Source of the DNA: Candidatus Marinacidobacterales bacterium
GTDB lineage: Bacteria; Acidobacteriota; Vicinamibacteria; Marinacidobacterales; SMYC01
Assembly (NCBI GenBank): GCA_965224085.1
Contig: CBDCYI010000005.1
Location: 576,001-640,000 of the forward strand
Direction: 5' to 3'
Length of the DNA stretch: 64,000 bases
Position numbers and translations under genes: made by a program
Shown: piece by piece, positions 28,078 through 39,826 of the stretch
Position numbering within the stretch: position 1 is the stretch's first letter
Layout: each line of letters begins with the position of its first letter
Notes under the pieces: model-generated
Database searches by the model: none
Told to the model about the DNA's origin: nothing
What the model saw: the letters and a program-made list of their open reading frames with translations, nothing else

Positions 28078-29319
28078 TCAGCCCTTCACGCAAACGATCT
28101 GCTTCAGCCGATGAACGATCTCGACGAGATCGCTCTGCGCTGCCATCACCGCGTCGATGTCCTTGTAGGCCGCGGGAGTCTCGTCGATGACGCCCTTGTC
28201 CTTGCGGCACTCGACGCCTTGAGTCGCTTTGACGTGATCGTCGAGCGTGAACTTCTTCTTCGCCGCGGTTCGTGACATGACCCGGCCAGCGCCGTGGCTG
28301 CACGACTCAAAGCTCTCAGGGTTACCTTTGCCGCGGACGATAAAAGAGCGCGCGCCCATGCTGCCAGGGATGATCCCGAGATCGCCGATGCCGGCTCGAA
28401 CCGCGCCCTTGCGGGTCACCATGACATCGTCCCCGTAGTGATGCTCGCGCGCCACGTAGTTGTGATGGCAGTTCACGACTTGCTCTTTCGCACGAAAAGC
28501 TGGCACGAGATTCGTGTCGCGCACCGCTTCGGTGACCGCCTCCATCATGAGCTCTCGATTGGTCGCGGCGTAACGCTGCGCCCAGTCGACCGCAAACCAG
28601 TAATCGTCAAAATGCTCACTCCCCTCCTCGAAATAGGCGAGGTCTTTATCGGGCAGATTCTGCAGATGACGCCCCAAGTCCTTTTGTGCGAGCTGAATGA
28701 AGTGCATGCCCGTTCGGTTTCCGACACCGCGGGATCCCGAATGCAGCATGAACCAAACGTCGTCATCTTCATCCAAGCAAATCTCGATGAAGTGGTTTCC
28801 CGACCCCAGCGTGGCGAGCTGGTTCACTGGCGGATTGTTGCGGTCGAGCTTCGGATATTTTGCGACAACGCGCTCGTAGCCTTCGCGCAGACTTTCCCAC
28901 GCCTTGACGTTCCGCTTCGGAACATTGCCGAACGCACCGCGGTCGCGCCGGCCACCGTGATGCGAGCGGCCATGAGGGACGGCTTTCTCGATCGCGCTGC
29001 GAAGCGGCGCGAGATTATCCGGCAAGTCGGAGGCCGTGAGGCTCGTATGCATGGCGGCCATGCCGCAGCCGATATCGACGCCCACGGCCGCGGGGATGAT
29101 TGCCTTTTTCGTGGGGATGACGCTTCCGACCGTTGCGCCCAGCCCCCAGTGCACGTCAGGCATCGCCGCGATCCAGCGATGGATGAACGGTAGCTGCGAG
29201 GTTCGCAGGAGCTGGTCCTTTGCCTTCAGATCCAGGGGTACGCCTCGGACCCACGCCTTGACGGGACGACTGGCCGGCGCCCCCTTGGGCGTATCGAATG
29301 TGACATATCGTTCGCTCAT
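28078..29319 (-). CDS. rtcB: RNA-splicing ligase RtcB
   Basis: MPDVH, GVDIGCG, GSGNHF, HSGSRG, HHNY, SHGAGR, DETPAAYKDI. Confidence 0.95.
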   Translation of the reverse strand: MSERYVTFDTPKGAPASRPVKAWVRGVPLDLKAKDQLLRTSQLPFIHRWIAAMPDVHWGLGATVGSVIPTKKAIIPAAVGVDIGCGMAAMHTSLTASDLPDNLAPLRSAIEKAVPHGRSHHGGRRDRGAFGNVPKRNVKAWESLREGYERVVAKYPKLDRNNPPVNQLATLGSGNHFIEICLDEDDDVWFMLHSGSRGVGNRTGMHFIQLAQKDLGRHLQNLPDKDLAYFEEGSEHFDDYWFAVDWAQRYAATNRELMMEAVTEAVRDTNLVPAFRAKEQVVNCHHNYVAREHHYGDDVMVTRKGAVRAGIGDLGIIPGSMGARSFIVRGKGNPESFESCSHGAGRVMSRTAAKKKFTLDDHVKATQGVECRKDKGVIDETPAAYKDIDAVMAAQSDLVEIVHRLKQIVCVKG

Positions 29320-29428
29320 GGCGGTTTTCCTCCGCTAGATTCGATTCTTGCACAATCAACGGCGCTTGCAGAAGACCGCCGTCAACCCTTACCCTTGGCT
29401 CTGCGAACGGACGGACGCGCGGGAGCCT

Positions 29429-30433
29429 ATGACGACGACGACATTCGAAGCCGCACAGATCGTATTGCCCTGCAAGAACCTGGACGCAACACTTTCCTTT
29501 TTCACCGACCGGCTAGGCTTTCGCCTCGAGACGATTCACCCCGCTGACGATCCGTCGGTAGCGGTGATCTCGGGATACGGCGTGCGTCTCGAGCTGGGCG
29601 CGCGGAGGCGACGGCGCCCCAGGCGTGCTTCGCCTTCTGTGCGACGACCCCAGAAAGGTCGCCGACGGTGCCGCCGAGCTCACGGCGCCGAACGGGACCC
29701 GCATCGAGCTCGTCGACGCCAATCCACCGCTCGTCGTACCAGCCACGAAATCGTCTTTCGTCTTGAGTCGGAACGACGACGACGCCCTCTGGCACGCGGG
29801 TCGCGCCGGCCTGCGCTACCGCGACCTCATCCCGGATCGGCTCGGCGGCGCCTTCATCGCTTCTCACATCCAGGTTCCGGACGCCGGTCTGGTCCCGGAC
29901 TACGTGCACTTCCACAAGATTCGCTTCCAGATGATCTACATTTACAAGGGATGGGTTCGCGTCCTCTACGAAGACCAAGGGCCAGCGTTCGTGATGCAGC
30001 CGGGCGATTGCGTGTTGCAGCCACCGCTCATCCGGCATCGCGTGCTCGAAACGTCGGATGCTTTCGAAGTGATCGAGATCGGCCACCCCGCCGAGCATGA
30101 AACCTTCGCGGATCACCAGATGGAGCTTCCGAAACCAACGAACGACCCGGACCGCGATTTCAGTGGGCAGCAGTGGCTCTGCCATTACGTCGCCAAGGCG
30201 ACGTGGTCGCCCTTCCGTATCGAAGGCTTCGAGTCTCGAGATATTGGAATTTCTACGGCGACCAACGGCCTTGCCAGCGTCCGCGTGGCGCGTCTTTCGA
30301 GCAAGCCCTCGGGCGAGCTCGTCCGCCACGACGCGGAGTTCCTCTTCACGTTCGTGCTCGAGGGCGGGATGACCCTCCGGCGCGGCGGTAGCGACGACGA
30401 ACACCTCGGCGCCGGCGATGCGTTCGTGCCCTC
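29429..30433 (+). pseudogene. VOC/glyoxalase plus cupin protein, frameshifted and 3'-truncated
   Basis: N-terminal VOC ([11 protein letters not shown]); frameshift near 29600; cupin HFHKIRFQ...QPPLIRHRV; the second cupin is cut at GDAFV. Confidence 0.75.
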
Positions 30434-31355
30434 TGGTTGATACAGGCGCAGCGTGAGAAGCACAAAGAACGCCGCCTGCACCCACGTGAGCGCGAGGCTC
30501 ATGAGGCTCGCGAGCAAGAACAGCCCGCCCATGACGAAGGGGAGAAACAGCATCGAGCTTTGAAACATCGCCACGAGCCATCGACCGAGACCCGCACCGA
30601 TGCCGAAGGCGACCGCCGAGAAGAGCGCGCCGCCGAGCGCCCAGACAACGTACGCGGCAGCGAGCCCGACGCGATGGCCTGACGTGCGTGTTTCGCTCGC
30701 GCGAAGCGCCAGAGAAGGCCGGACGTCTTCGAACAAATGAATCGGAAGAGCGAAGGCCCAGCCGATGAGCTTCGGAACGAGGACGCCCGCGAGACCCGCG
30801 ACGATCACCCCGATGATCGCGATGGCCATCCAAAACTCCGGCGGCCTTTCGCTCAGGTAGTAGTTGATGTCGTATTCGGTGAGCAGCTGCCAGAAAACGA
30901 GGGCCGCGAGCGCGCCAAAAGGCGCAACGATCAGTAAAACGCGTGCGACGAGCCGGGCGGTAAGAAGAAAGACCGAGCCGAGATAGCGCGTGGCGCCACG
31001 AAGTGCCGCCATCACGCCGAGACGCTCACCGGCGCAGATGGTCAGAAGGGCGGCTTGCTCGAAGGTGACGAGCGTGATGTTCGTCGAGGCCACGACCACG
31101 AGAGCGACGAACCCGAATGGGCTCAGGACGAAGAACAAGATGTCCTCGTCGGCGAGCACGACATCGCCGGAGAACGAGACGAAAGCGCGCAACGCAAGCG
31201 CCACTACCGGCGTGAGGAACACGAAGGCGGCAATCTGGTAGATGACATGCGCTCCGAGCAGGCGCGGCCCAAACGCCGGCAAAATCCCTGCTTACGTCGA
31301 TGAAAAGCGCTTTGGTCTCCTTGAGGAGCGCGCGGGGGATGCGCTCTTTTAGCAC
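30434..31355 (-). pseudogene. Glycerophosphodiester phosphodiesterase membrane domain, frameshifted; catalytic domain absent
   Basis: YDINYYLSERPPEF and TM segments; +1 in GGG near 31268; ends at the junction with the convergent cupin gene. Confidence 0.65.
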
Positions 31356-31487
31356 GACAGACCCGTCCGGCTAGCAGTTATTAATGATGACCGCTCAGTG
31401 GTATGCTACGCTGGCTATAGCGTAGGGATGAACGCCAGGGCTCTGGGGCCCCCCCCTCGGCTAAAGGCCCGTAAGGTGAGGCAATTA

Positions 31488-33911
31488 ATGAAGTTCATGG
31501 CGGCAAGGCTGGGCGCCGCGACCTTCTTTGTGACTTTCGCGTCGAGCGTCGCTGCGGCGCCTAACGAAGGCACACAAGCCGCCCAGGCTCTGCTCGAGGA
31601 CACGTGTCAGGTTTGTCACAACGACGTGACGCTCGTGGGCAACATGTCCCTCGATGCGTTCACCGTGTCCGCGGCCGAGCAGACGCAAGAGCTGGCCGAA
31701 AAAATCATCCGCAAGCTCCGAGCCGGCATGATGCCCCCCGCGGGCATGCCCCGGCCGAGTGAAGAGAGCCTGCAAGCGCTCGCTGTCGAGCTCGAGACGC
31801 GGCTCGACCAAGTGGCGTCTCTAAACCCGAACCCCGGACGGCGTACGTTCCAGCGCCTCAACCGCGCCGAGTACAGCGCCTCGATAAAAGCGCTTCTCGA
31901 TCTCGACATCGATGCGGGCGCTTATCTTCCCCTCGACACGAAGAGCGCCAACTTCGACAACATCGCCGACGTGCAGCTCTTATCGGCAACGTTGATGGAA
32001 GGCTACCTGCGAGCGGCCGGCGAAGTCAGTCGTCTCGCGGTCGGCGACGCCATGGCCTCGCCGAGAGAAACCACGTACAAAGTCACGCGGTGGGTCTCTC
32101 AAACGGAGCAAGTCGAAGGCGCTCCCTACGGAACAAGAGGCGGCACTTCCGTGGTCCATAACTTCCCCGCCGATGGTGAGTACCGTTTTCGCGTCTCGTT
32201 CCATCACGAAACGACGGGGGCGCTCCATGGGAGCGGCCGCGCTGCGCTGCATACGGTCGACGAGCTCGAGCAAATCGAAGTCTCCATCAACGGCGAGCGT
32301 AAAGCGCTCCTCACCATCGATCGCTGGATGCACGCTTCCGATCCGGACGGCATGGACCTCCGCACGGAGCCAATCTTCGTCGAGTCCGGACCGCAGCGCG
32401 TCTCCGCCGCGTTCATCAACAAGGTCGAAGGCCCTCTCCAGGATTTGATGTCCCCCCACGACTGGTCGGTCGCAAGCACGAGCATCGCGGACTCCTACGG
32501 CTTCACGAGCGTGCCTCACTTGCGCGATCTCGCCATCACCGGCCCGTACAACCCGACCGGCGTCTCGGAGACGCCAAGTCGGCGAAAGATCTTCTCGTGC
32601 CGTCCGGAATCACCGGACGACGCGTCCGCCTGCGCCGAAGCGATTGTGGCGCGGTTGAGCGCTCGCGCCTATCGAAGGCCTCTCTCCGATAGCGACCTCG
32701 CAGCACTCATGAAGCTCTATGAAGTCGGTGCCGAAGACGGCGGCTTCGAGTACGGCGTCCGCACGGCGCTCGAAGGCATGCTCGCGAGCCCGCATTTCGT
32801 CTTTCGCTTCGAGGAGCCGTCACAGGCGAGCCTATCCGGTGGCGCTTATCGCGTGGCTGATGTCGACCTAGGCTCGCGCTTGTCCTATTTTCTCTGGGGA
32901 ACGCCCCCGGATGAAGAGCTCATGCGTGTCGCGCGTGACGGCCGCCTCTCCGAGACGAACGTCCTCGAGCAGCAAGCGATGAGAATGTTGGCCGACCCGC
33001 GCTCGGAAGCACTCGCTACCCGCTTCGCAGCTCAGTGGCTCCGCTTGTCGGATCTCGAGAAGATGCATCCGAACGTGCGAACCTATCCCGACTATCACGA
33101 CCAGCTCAAGCGGTCGATGTATCGCGAGACGGAGCTTTTCTTCGACAGCCTCGTGCGCGAGGACCGCAGCGTGCTCGAGCTTTTGAGCGCGGACTACACG
33201 TTCGTCGACGAGCGGCTCGCGAAGCACTACGGCATCGAGAACGTCCTGGGCGATGAGTTCCGTCGCGTCGTCTATCCGAACGAAGATCGCCACGGCATTT
33301 TGGGCCACGGCAGTGTACTGACGCTGACGTCGCACGCAAGCCGCACGTCTCCTGTTCTTCGCGGCAAGTGGATCATGGAGGTCCTACTCGGGTCGCCGCC
33401 GCCGCCGCCGCCGCCAAACATCCCAGAGCTCGAGGAGACGGGCGATGCCGAAGGGGGCCGCCTGCTTTCCGTGCGCGAGCAAATGGAAAAGCACCGGGCG
33501 CGCCCGGCATGCAATTCCTGTCACAGGATGATCGACCCGCCCGGTCTCGCGCTCGAGAATTTCGACGCGACGGGTGCGTGGAGAATCAAAGATCGCGGTG
33601 TACCCGTCGACGTCTCCGGTGAGCTCTACGACGGAACGCCGCTTGCGGGCCCGAAGGATTTGAGAGAGGCGCTTCTCGAGCGCCAGACGTCGTTCGTGCG
33701 CACGTTCACGGAAAACCTGATGGCCTATGCGTTGGGTCGGCGCGTCGAGTATTACGACATGCCCTCGATCCGCGTCATCGCGCGCGCGGCGAACGAGAAC
33801 GACCAGCGAATGTCTTCTTACATTTTGGGCGTGGTGACGAGTCCCGCGTTCCGTATGAAATCGATGTCCTTCGAAGCGGAGACGGAAGCTGCTGCCGAAG
33901 GATTGCATTGA
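31488..33911 (+). CDS. DUF1592-type multidomain c-type cytochrome protein, copy 2
   Basis: CQVCH and CNSCH; colinear paralog of 7606-10017. Confidence 0.9.
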   Translation: MKFMAARLGAATFFVTFASSVAAAPNEGTQAAQALLEDTCQVCHNDVTLVGNMSLDAFTVSAAEQTQELAEKIIRKLRAGMMPPAGMPRPSEESLQALAVELETRLDQVASLNPNPGRRTFQRLNRAEYSASIKALLDLDIDAGAYLPLDTKSANFDNIADVQLLSATLMEGYLRAAGEVSRLAVGDAMASPRETTYKVTRWVSQTEQVEGAPYGTRGGTSVVHNFPADGEYRFRVSFHHETTGALHGSGRAALHTVDELEQIEVSINGERKALLTIDRWMHASDPDGMDLRTEPIFVESGPQRVSAAFINKVEGPLQDLMSPHDWSVASTSIADSYGFTSVPHLRDLAITGPYNPTGVSETPSRRKIFSCRPESPDDASACAEAIVARLSARAYRRPLSDSDLAALMKLYEVGAEDGGFEYGVRTALEGMLASPHFVFRFEEPSQASLSGGAYRVADVDLGSRLSYFLWGTPPDEELMRVARDGRLSETNVLEQQAMRMLADPRSEALATRFAAQWLRLSDLEKMHPNVRTYPDYHDQLKRSMYRETELFFDSLVREDRSVLELLSADYTFVDERLAKHYGIENVLGDEFRRVVYPNEDRHGILGHGSVLTLTSHASRTSPVLRGKWIMEVLLGSPPPPPPPNIPELEETGDAEGGRLLSVREQMEKHRARPACNSCHRMIDPPGLALENFDATGAWRIKDRGVPVDVSGELYDGTPLAGPKDLREALLERQTSFVRTFTENLMAYALGRRVEYYDMPSIRVIARAANENDQRMSSYILGVVTSPAFRMKSMSFEAETEAAAEGLH

Positions 33912-33930
33912 GCACAAAAGGAGCAGAGAC

Positions 33931-35328
33931 ATGGGGATCCTTACCGGTAAGCACCTTCCTCGCAGAACCTTCCTCCGCGGCATAGGAGCCACCGTCGCAC
34001 TGCCGTTTCTCGAGGCGATGGTGCCCGCACGCAAAGCATTCGGTGCGACAACATTGACAGGGGCCGATCGCACGCGACTCGTCTGCATCGAGATGGTGCA
34101 CGGCGCCGCGGGCAGCACCAAATGGGGCTCGACACAGCACCTATGGTCCCCCGCCGCGGAAGGTCGCGATTTCGATCTCGGTCCGACGGCCCTGAGCTCG
34201 CTCGAGCCTTTCCAAAAGGACTTGACGATCGTAAGCGACACCGATCTGCGAAACGCGGAAGCGTTCATCCCCGAGGAGATCGGAGGCGACCACTTTCGCT
34301 CGAGCGCTGTCTTTCTCACCCAATCCCATCCCCGGCAGACCGAGAGCTCGGACGTCTTGTCGGGCACGTCCATGGACCAGCTCTACGCCCAGCGCTTCGG
34401 CCAGGATACGCCCATCCCGTCAATGCAGCTTTGCATCGAGAACGTGGACCAAGCCGGCGGATGCGCCTATGGCTACTCGTGCGTGTATACGGACACGATT
34501 AGCTGGAAGTCTCCAACGGAGCCGCTCCCGATGATCCGAGACCCCAGGCTCGCATTCGACATGGTCTTCGGCGCGGGAGGCACGGCGGAAGAGCGCGCCG
34601 CCCGACGACGCTCGAGCCAGAGCATTTTGGATTTCGTGACGGGAGAAGTCTCCGAGCTGAAGGGCACGCTCGACGCTCCCGACCGCCGTCGGGTGGATCG
34701 CTATCTCGAGAACATCCGCGAGATCGAGCGACGCATCCAGAAAGTCGTCGAGCGCAATATGAGCGGCGAGATACGCGAGCTACCGCAAGCGCCCACGGGC
34801 GTTCCCGACTCCTTCGACGAGCACGTGAAGCTCATGTTCGATCTCCAGGCGCTCGCTCTCCAAGCGGACATGACGCGCGTGTTCTCGTTCAAGATGGGCC
34901 GGGACGCCTCGAGTCGCGTCTACCCCGAGAGCGGCGTGGACAAGGGATTCCACCCCGCATCCCATCACGGCGACAAAGAGAACAACATCACGGATTTCTT
35001 CCGCATCAACCGCTACCACGTAGGCCTGCTCCCGTACTTTCTCGAGAAGCTCGCAAGCATTGAGGAAGCCGAAGCCGGGGAGACGATTTTAGACAAAACG
35101 ATGGTCCTCTACGGCTCGCCGATGGGCGACCCGAACGTGCACAATCACAAGCGCTGCCCTCTCTTCATCGTCGGCGGCGCGAACGGCAAGCTCGATGGCG
35201 GCCTGCACCTCCGCGCCGCGCCGGGAACCCCAATGGCGAACGTGATGCTGAGCCTCCTGCAAAAGCTCGGCTTCGAGGAGATGGAGAGCTTCGGAGACAG
35301 CACGGCTCCGTTCTCGCTCTCGGTCTAG
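33931..35328 (+). CDS. DUF1552 (HXXSHH) protein, copy 2
   Basis: RRTFLRG, FHPASHH, NVHNH; paralog of 10022-11425. Confidence 0.9.
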   Translation: MGILTGKHLPRRTFLRGIGATVALPFLEAMVPARKAFGATTLTGADRTRLVCIEMVHGAAGSTKWGSTQHLWSPAAEGRDFDLGPTALSSLEPFQKDLTIVSDTDLRNAEAFIPEEIGGDHFRSSAVFLTQSHPRQTESSDVLSGTSMDQLYAQRFGQDTPIPSMQLCIENVDQAGGCAYGYSCVYTDTISWKSPTEPLPMIRDPRLAFDMVFGAGGTAEERAARRRSSQSILDFVTGEVSELKGTLDAPDRRRVDRYLENIREIERRIQKVVERNMSGEIRELPQAPTGVPDSFDEHVKLMFDLQALALQADMTRVFSFKMGRDASSRVYPESGVDKGFHPASHHGDKENNITDFFRINRYHVGLLPYFLEKLASIEEAEAGETILDKTMVLYGSPMGDPNVHNHKRCPLFIVGGANGKLDGGLHLRAAPGTPMANVMLSLLQKLGFEEMESFGDSTAPFSLSV

Positions 35329-35340
35329 AGGAGAAGAGCG

Positions 35341-37122
35341 ATGCGCGTGTGGAAGGCTGGAATGCTTCTCGCAGCACTCTTCTGGGCGGCAACCGCCGCG
35401 ACGGTCGCGGCTCCCGAAGCCCCTATTACTACTGTCGCTTCTGTTGCTGACGCCGCGATGGGCGGCGATGTTGTCACGCTGCGCGCGCTTCTCGAGCAAG
35501 GCGCCGATGTAAACGCGCGGTTCGGCGACGGGATGACGGGCCTTCATTGGGCAGCTCGCAAGGGCAACGCGGCGATCGCGGAAGTTTTGATCGGTGCCGG
35601 CGCCGATCTCGAAGCGACGACGCGGATTGGAGCGCATACACCGCTCCACGTCGCGAGCGCCGCAGGCCGCGCTTCCATCGTGAAGGTGCTCCTTCTGGCT
35701 GGCGCCAACGCACACGCGAGAACGACAACGGGAGCGATACCGCTTCATTTCGCCGCCGCCTCCGGTAGTGCTCTGGCCGCGGCCGCTTTGGTCGAGCACG
35801 AAGCGGACGTGAACGCAGCCGAGCCTCAGTGGGGACAGACCGCGCTCATGTTTGCGGCCGCGGCGGGACGGACCGAGGTCGTCGAGGTCTTGCTCGAAGG
35901 CGAGGCGGACCCGTCGATCGCGGCCAAGGTTGTGGACGTCGTTGAGCGGAACGAGCACGACCGCTCCGAGCGCCGCGAGCGCATGAAGCACATCGCGGAG
36001 CTCCGGTGGGCAAAAACGAAGAACGCGCCGAATGACAGGAACGCGCCGCGCGAAGCGGAACCCGATCCCGAAGATCGAGACGAAGCGCTCCGGCGCGGTG
36101 GCGAGCCGGTGCCCCTCAACTACGCCGATCTTGTCGCGACCCATGGCGGCCTCACCCCTCTTCTTCTCGCCGCGCGCGAAGGTCATGTCGGCGCCACCCT
36201 CGCACTCATCAAGGGCACGGCAGACATCAATCAAGTGAGCGCCGCCGACAACACGAGCCCGATGCTCATCGCGATGCTCAACGGACATTTCGACCTCGCC
36301 ATGCAGCTTTTCGAGCTCGGCGCCGACCCGAGCGTCGCGAGCGACGCGGGAGCCACACCGCTCTACGCCGCGCTCAACATGCACTGGGCTCCGAAAGCGC
36401 GCCACCCACAGCCCGTGGCTTACATGCAGCAAAAGCTCACCTATCTCGAAGTGATGGAAACACTCCTGAAGGCAGGCGTCGACCCGAACGTCCGTCTGAA
36501 GAAGACGCTCTGGTATACGACCTATAACCGCGACCTGCTCGGCGTCAACCGGGCCGGGGCGACACCTTTCTGGCGCGCGGCGCACGCACTCGACATCGAC
36601 GCGATGCGCCTTTTGCTCGCCCATGGCGCGGACCCGAACATGCCGACGATCAAAATTCCCGAACGCAAGCGCCGAGACGGAAGCGGGTATGGGGTCGGAG
36701 GTGAGGACGATACAGACCACTCGGGCTTGCCGCTCGTTCCGTTGGGTGGTCCCGCGGTCTACCCGATCCACGCCGCTTCGGGCGTGGGCCACGGTCAAGG
36801 CTACGCCGGCAATTCGCATCGCCACGTGCCGGATGGATGGCTCCCCGCCGTGAAGTTTCTCGTCGAAGAGCTCGGAGCCGGCGTGCACGCGAGAGACTAC
36901 AAGGGCTACAACTCAGTACACCATGCAGCTGCACGTGGCGACAACGAGCTCATCCGCTACCTCGTCTCGAAAGGCGCGGATGTGACCTCCGTCAGCCGCA
37001 AAGGTCAGACGACGGCCGACATGGCGAATGGCCCCGTGCAGCGCGTCCAGCCTTATCCGGAGACGGTTGCGCTGCTCGTGAGCCTGGGCGCTACGAACAA
37101 CCATAACTGCGTCAGCTGCTGA
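35341..37122 (+). CDS. Secreted ankyrin-repeat protein ending in NHNCVSC, copy 2
   Basis: Ankyrin units; paralog of 11422-13296. Confidence 0.9.
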   Translation: MRVWKAGMLLAALFWAATAATVAAPEAPITTVASVADAAMGGDVVTLRALLEQGADVNARFGDGMTGLHWAARKGNAAIAEVLIGAGADLEATTRIGAHTPLHVASAAGRASIVKVLLLAGANAHARTTTGAIPLHFAAASGSALAAAALVEHEADVNAAEPQWGQTALMFAAAAGRTEVVEVLLEGEADPSIAAKVVDVVERNEHDRSERRERMKHIAELRWAKTKNAPNDRNAPREAEPDPEDRDEALRRGGEPVPLNYADLVATHGGLTPLLLAAREGHVGATLALIKGTADINQVSAADNTSPMLIAMLNGHFDLAMQLFELGADPSVASDAGATPLYAALNMHWAPKARHPQPVAYMQQKLTYLEVMETLLKAGVDPNVRLKKTLWYTTYNRDLLGVNRAGATPFWRAAHALDIDAMRLLLAHGADPNMPTIKIPERKRRDGSGYGVGGEDDTDHSGLPLVPLGGPAVYPIHAASGVGHGQGYAGNSHRHVPDGWLPAVKFLVEELGAGVHARDYKGYNSVHHAAARGDNELIRYLVSKGADVTSVSRKGQTTADMANGPVQRVQPYPETVALLVSLGATNNHNCVSC

Positions 37123-37136
37123 GCATCACCCAAAGC

Positions 37137-37430
37137 TTGGTGCCCAGCCGCAATGCAGCGGGGTACGACCTGTCTCGCGACGATCCACAACGCCATCCCA
37201 AATGGACTCGCGTCCTCTACATCGTGGATCGCGACGGCAAGCTCGTCGAGAGCTGGGACCAGCGCAACGCGATGTTCGTCCGACCGCATCGGGTCAAGAT
37301 CAATCCCTACGGTCGTGAGCGCCACGTCTGGGTGGGCGATGACGGCGCGCACCACATCACGAAGTTCACGAGAGACGGAAAGAAAGTCGTCATGCAGCTC
37401 GGGAAGTTCAGGGAGCCCGGCAATAAGGAG
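37137..37430 (+). pseudogene. NHL-repeat (peptidylglycine lyase-like) internal fragment
   Basis: RPHRVKINPY..ERHVWV.DD..H.I.KFT.DGK; both ends missing. Confidence 0.65.
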
Positions 37431-37609
37431 ACGAAAACCTTAATCGCCCACCTGCTTTGGGGGCGAGATGTGGGAAAAGTTAAGAGGTGCGGACGGCGTG
37501 AGCGTTGTATACTCACCATCCTTCGGGCCTGCCCGCTACGTTCCGCCGGCCGCGCGGCGACGGGAAGTGGGCAACGATCGTTCGCAACCTGATTCACAAG
37601 GAGGAGTTG

Positions 37610-38045
37610 ATGTCCAAGCTCAAGCTCGAGCAAGCGAACCACCATCATCGAGAACGCCTTCGTGAAAGCCGCTGAGATGAAAATCAAGCCACTCGGTGTC
37701 GTCGTTCTCGACGACGGCGGCAATGTCGCCTCCGCTCAGCGGCAGGACGGCGCCAGCATGTTTCGCCTCGATGTCGCCCGCGGCAAGGCGTGGGCGTCGG
37801 TGGCAATGGGAGCCTCGAGCCGGGCACTCTTCACGCGTGCGAAGGACAACCCCAACTTCTTCGTCACCTTGGCGGCGACCGCAGACGGCAAGTTCCTGCC
37901 GCAGACAGGCGCCGTGCTGATCAAGAACGCGCAAGGAGAAATTCTCGGCGCTGCCGGCGGCAGCGGTGGCTCCGGAGAGGAGGACGAGGCGTGCTGCGCT
38001 TATGGCGTCGAGAAGACGGGGTTGAGCGCGGACGCCTCGCCATGA
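37610..38045 (+). pseudogene. GlcG/HbpS heme-binding protein with a frameshift near 37640
   Basis: AGGAGGAG then ATG MSKLKLEQAN, +1 C, then TIIENAF...VVLDDGG...RQDGA...GKAW. Confidence 0.8.
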
Positions 38046-38114
38046 AGCGCAACGCTTCTTTGACGAAGCTCCCGTCTTTCCGAAACACTTGAATGCGATC
38101 GTTGGTGCGGTCGC

Positions 38115-38553
38115 AAACGTGTGAACTTCAGAATCTGCGCGTCCTTGGGGCCCCCTCCCGCGACCCACACGTTGTTCTCGTCGTCGACGTGGATGGCATG
38201 TTCGAGATCCGGCCATTCGTAACCCGAGCCTTGTCCACCCCAGGACGAGACGACCCTGCCTGCAGGATCGAATTCGAGCACGGGCGGAGCGGCATCCCAC
38301 ACGGAGCGTGTCTCGTTGGGTTGAAGCGTTCCGGGACGGTGGACGATCCAGACGTGGTCCTGGGAATCGACGGCCACGCCAACGACCGCCCCGACGAGCC
38401 AGCGCTCGGGAAGCGCCTGGGGCCACATGGATCCACCTGGAACACTGGTGCCTCTCGGCGAGGTTCGAGAGCGATTCCGTCGCGCACCGTCGTCCCGAGC
38501 GATCCGATTGCGGCCATGGCGGAAATGGCAATGATCGTTTGCGTGTAGCTCAT
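38115..38553 (-). pseudogene. NHL-repeat protein N-terminal fragment, frameshifted
   Basis: FQVDP/WPQALP, GVAVDSQDHVWIVHR, APPVLEFD, QILKFT, then an abrupt end. Confidence 0.7.
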
Positions 38554-38913
38554 GAAGATCCTCCGGGCGTCGAGCTCCGAGCAACCAGCGGCCGGCGGCA
38601 CTGAGCCGCCGAAGAATAGCACGAGGTACGCGTTGCGGTCCGGTCAAATTGAGCGGGTGACTGACGGAAGGGGCCAATGAACAGCAAGTTGCTGATTGCC
38701 ACGGATCGCCCGAGATCCGGGCGAGGCGCCTCACGAGCGGTCCAGGGTCTCCCTTATTTTGCGTGCCAGAGAAGGCATCGAGAAGGGCTTTTTCAAGAAC
38801 ACGGAGCCATCCTCCACATGGCGGTCGTTGGCGTCATTCGAGTAAACCCGACATGTAGAGGACCATCATATTCGGTCGTCGCGATAGCGCCCGTTTAGCC
38901 AACTCGCGGCCGT

Positions 38914-39826
38914 TCATACCGGCATCACCATATCGGTTAACAGGAGGTCGATGGAGTTCTCCTGATCGTCGAGAACTCGAAGGGCTTCGAGTCCATCACG
39001 GGCCGTGAGCACGGTGTAGCCTTGGGTCTCGAGGAACTTGCGGATCAGACTTCGGATAGCGATTTCGTCTTCCACGACTAGGATGATCTCCGATCCGCCG
39101 ACGGGCGCGCCCTTCGACAATAGATCGGGAGCTTCGACGTCACCGGCTCTCGCGACGTGCGGCAAGTAGACTCGGAACGTCGTGCCCTGGCCCACCTCAC
39201 TTTCGACCCCGACATATCCACCGCTTTGCTTGACGATGCCGTAGACACTAGCGAGCCCCAACCCGGTTCCCTTGCCTTGCTCCTTCGATGTGAAGAAAGG
39301 CTCAAAGAGATGCGAAAGAGCCTCAGAAGCGATTCCGACGCCCGTGTCGCTTACTTCCAAGAGAACGTGATGCCCGGGTGTCGCGCCATCGTGCCGCGCG
39401 GCGAAAGCCTCGCTCAGCTCGACGTTCGAGGACTTGAAGACCAGCTTGCCGCCCTTCGGCATAGCATCGCGCGCATTGAGGGCCAGGTTGAGGATCACCT
39501 GCTCGATCTGGCCTCGATCGGCCTCAATGGGATCCAAGTCCGGTTCCAAAACCATCAGCACCTGGATATCTTCGCCGATAAGGCGGCGAAGCATTTTTTC
39601 CACGTCGGTGACGCTCGAGTTCAGGTTCAGAACCGTCGGCCGCCGCACCTGCCGGCGACTGAACGCGAGGAGCTGCTGTGTGAGGGACGACGCGCGCTCG
39701 GCCGCCCTTCGGATTTGCCGGATGTCGTCCCGTCGTCGATCGCCGGACGGGAGGTCGCGTGTCAGAAGCTCGCCATGGCCGAGGATGACCGTCAGTAGAT
39801 TATTGAAATCGTGGGCCACACCACCG
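38914..39826 (-). pseudogene. Hybrid histidine kinase/receiver, truncated at both ends
   Basis: GGVAHDFNNLL, NARDAM, DTGVG, GTGLGL; receiver cut at TDMVMP; sensor region absent. Confidence 0.85.

Noticed and set aside
20822-36888. Long antisense ORFs (e.g. 20822-22090, 23833-25353, 29502-30833, 35089-36888)
   Set aside because: Shadow frames opposite well-supported genes in GC-rich DNA, with no recognisable motifs
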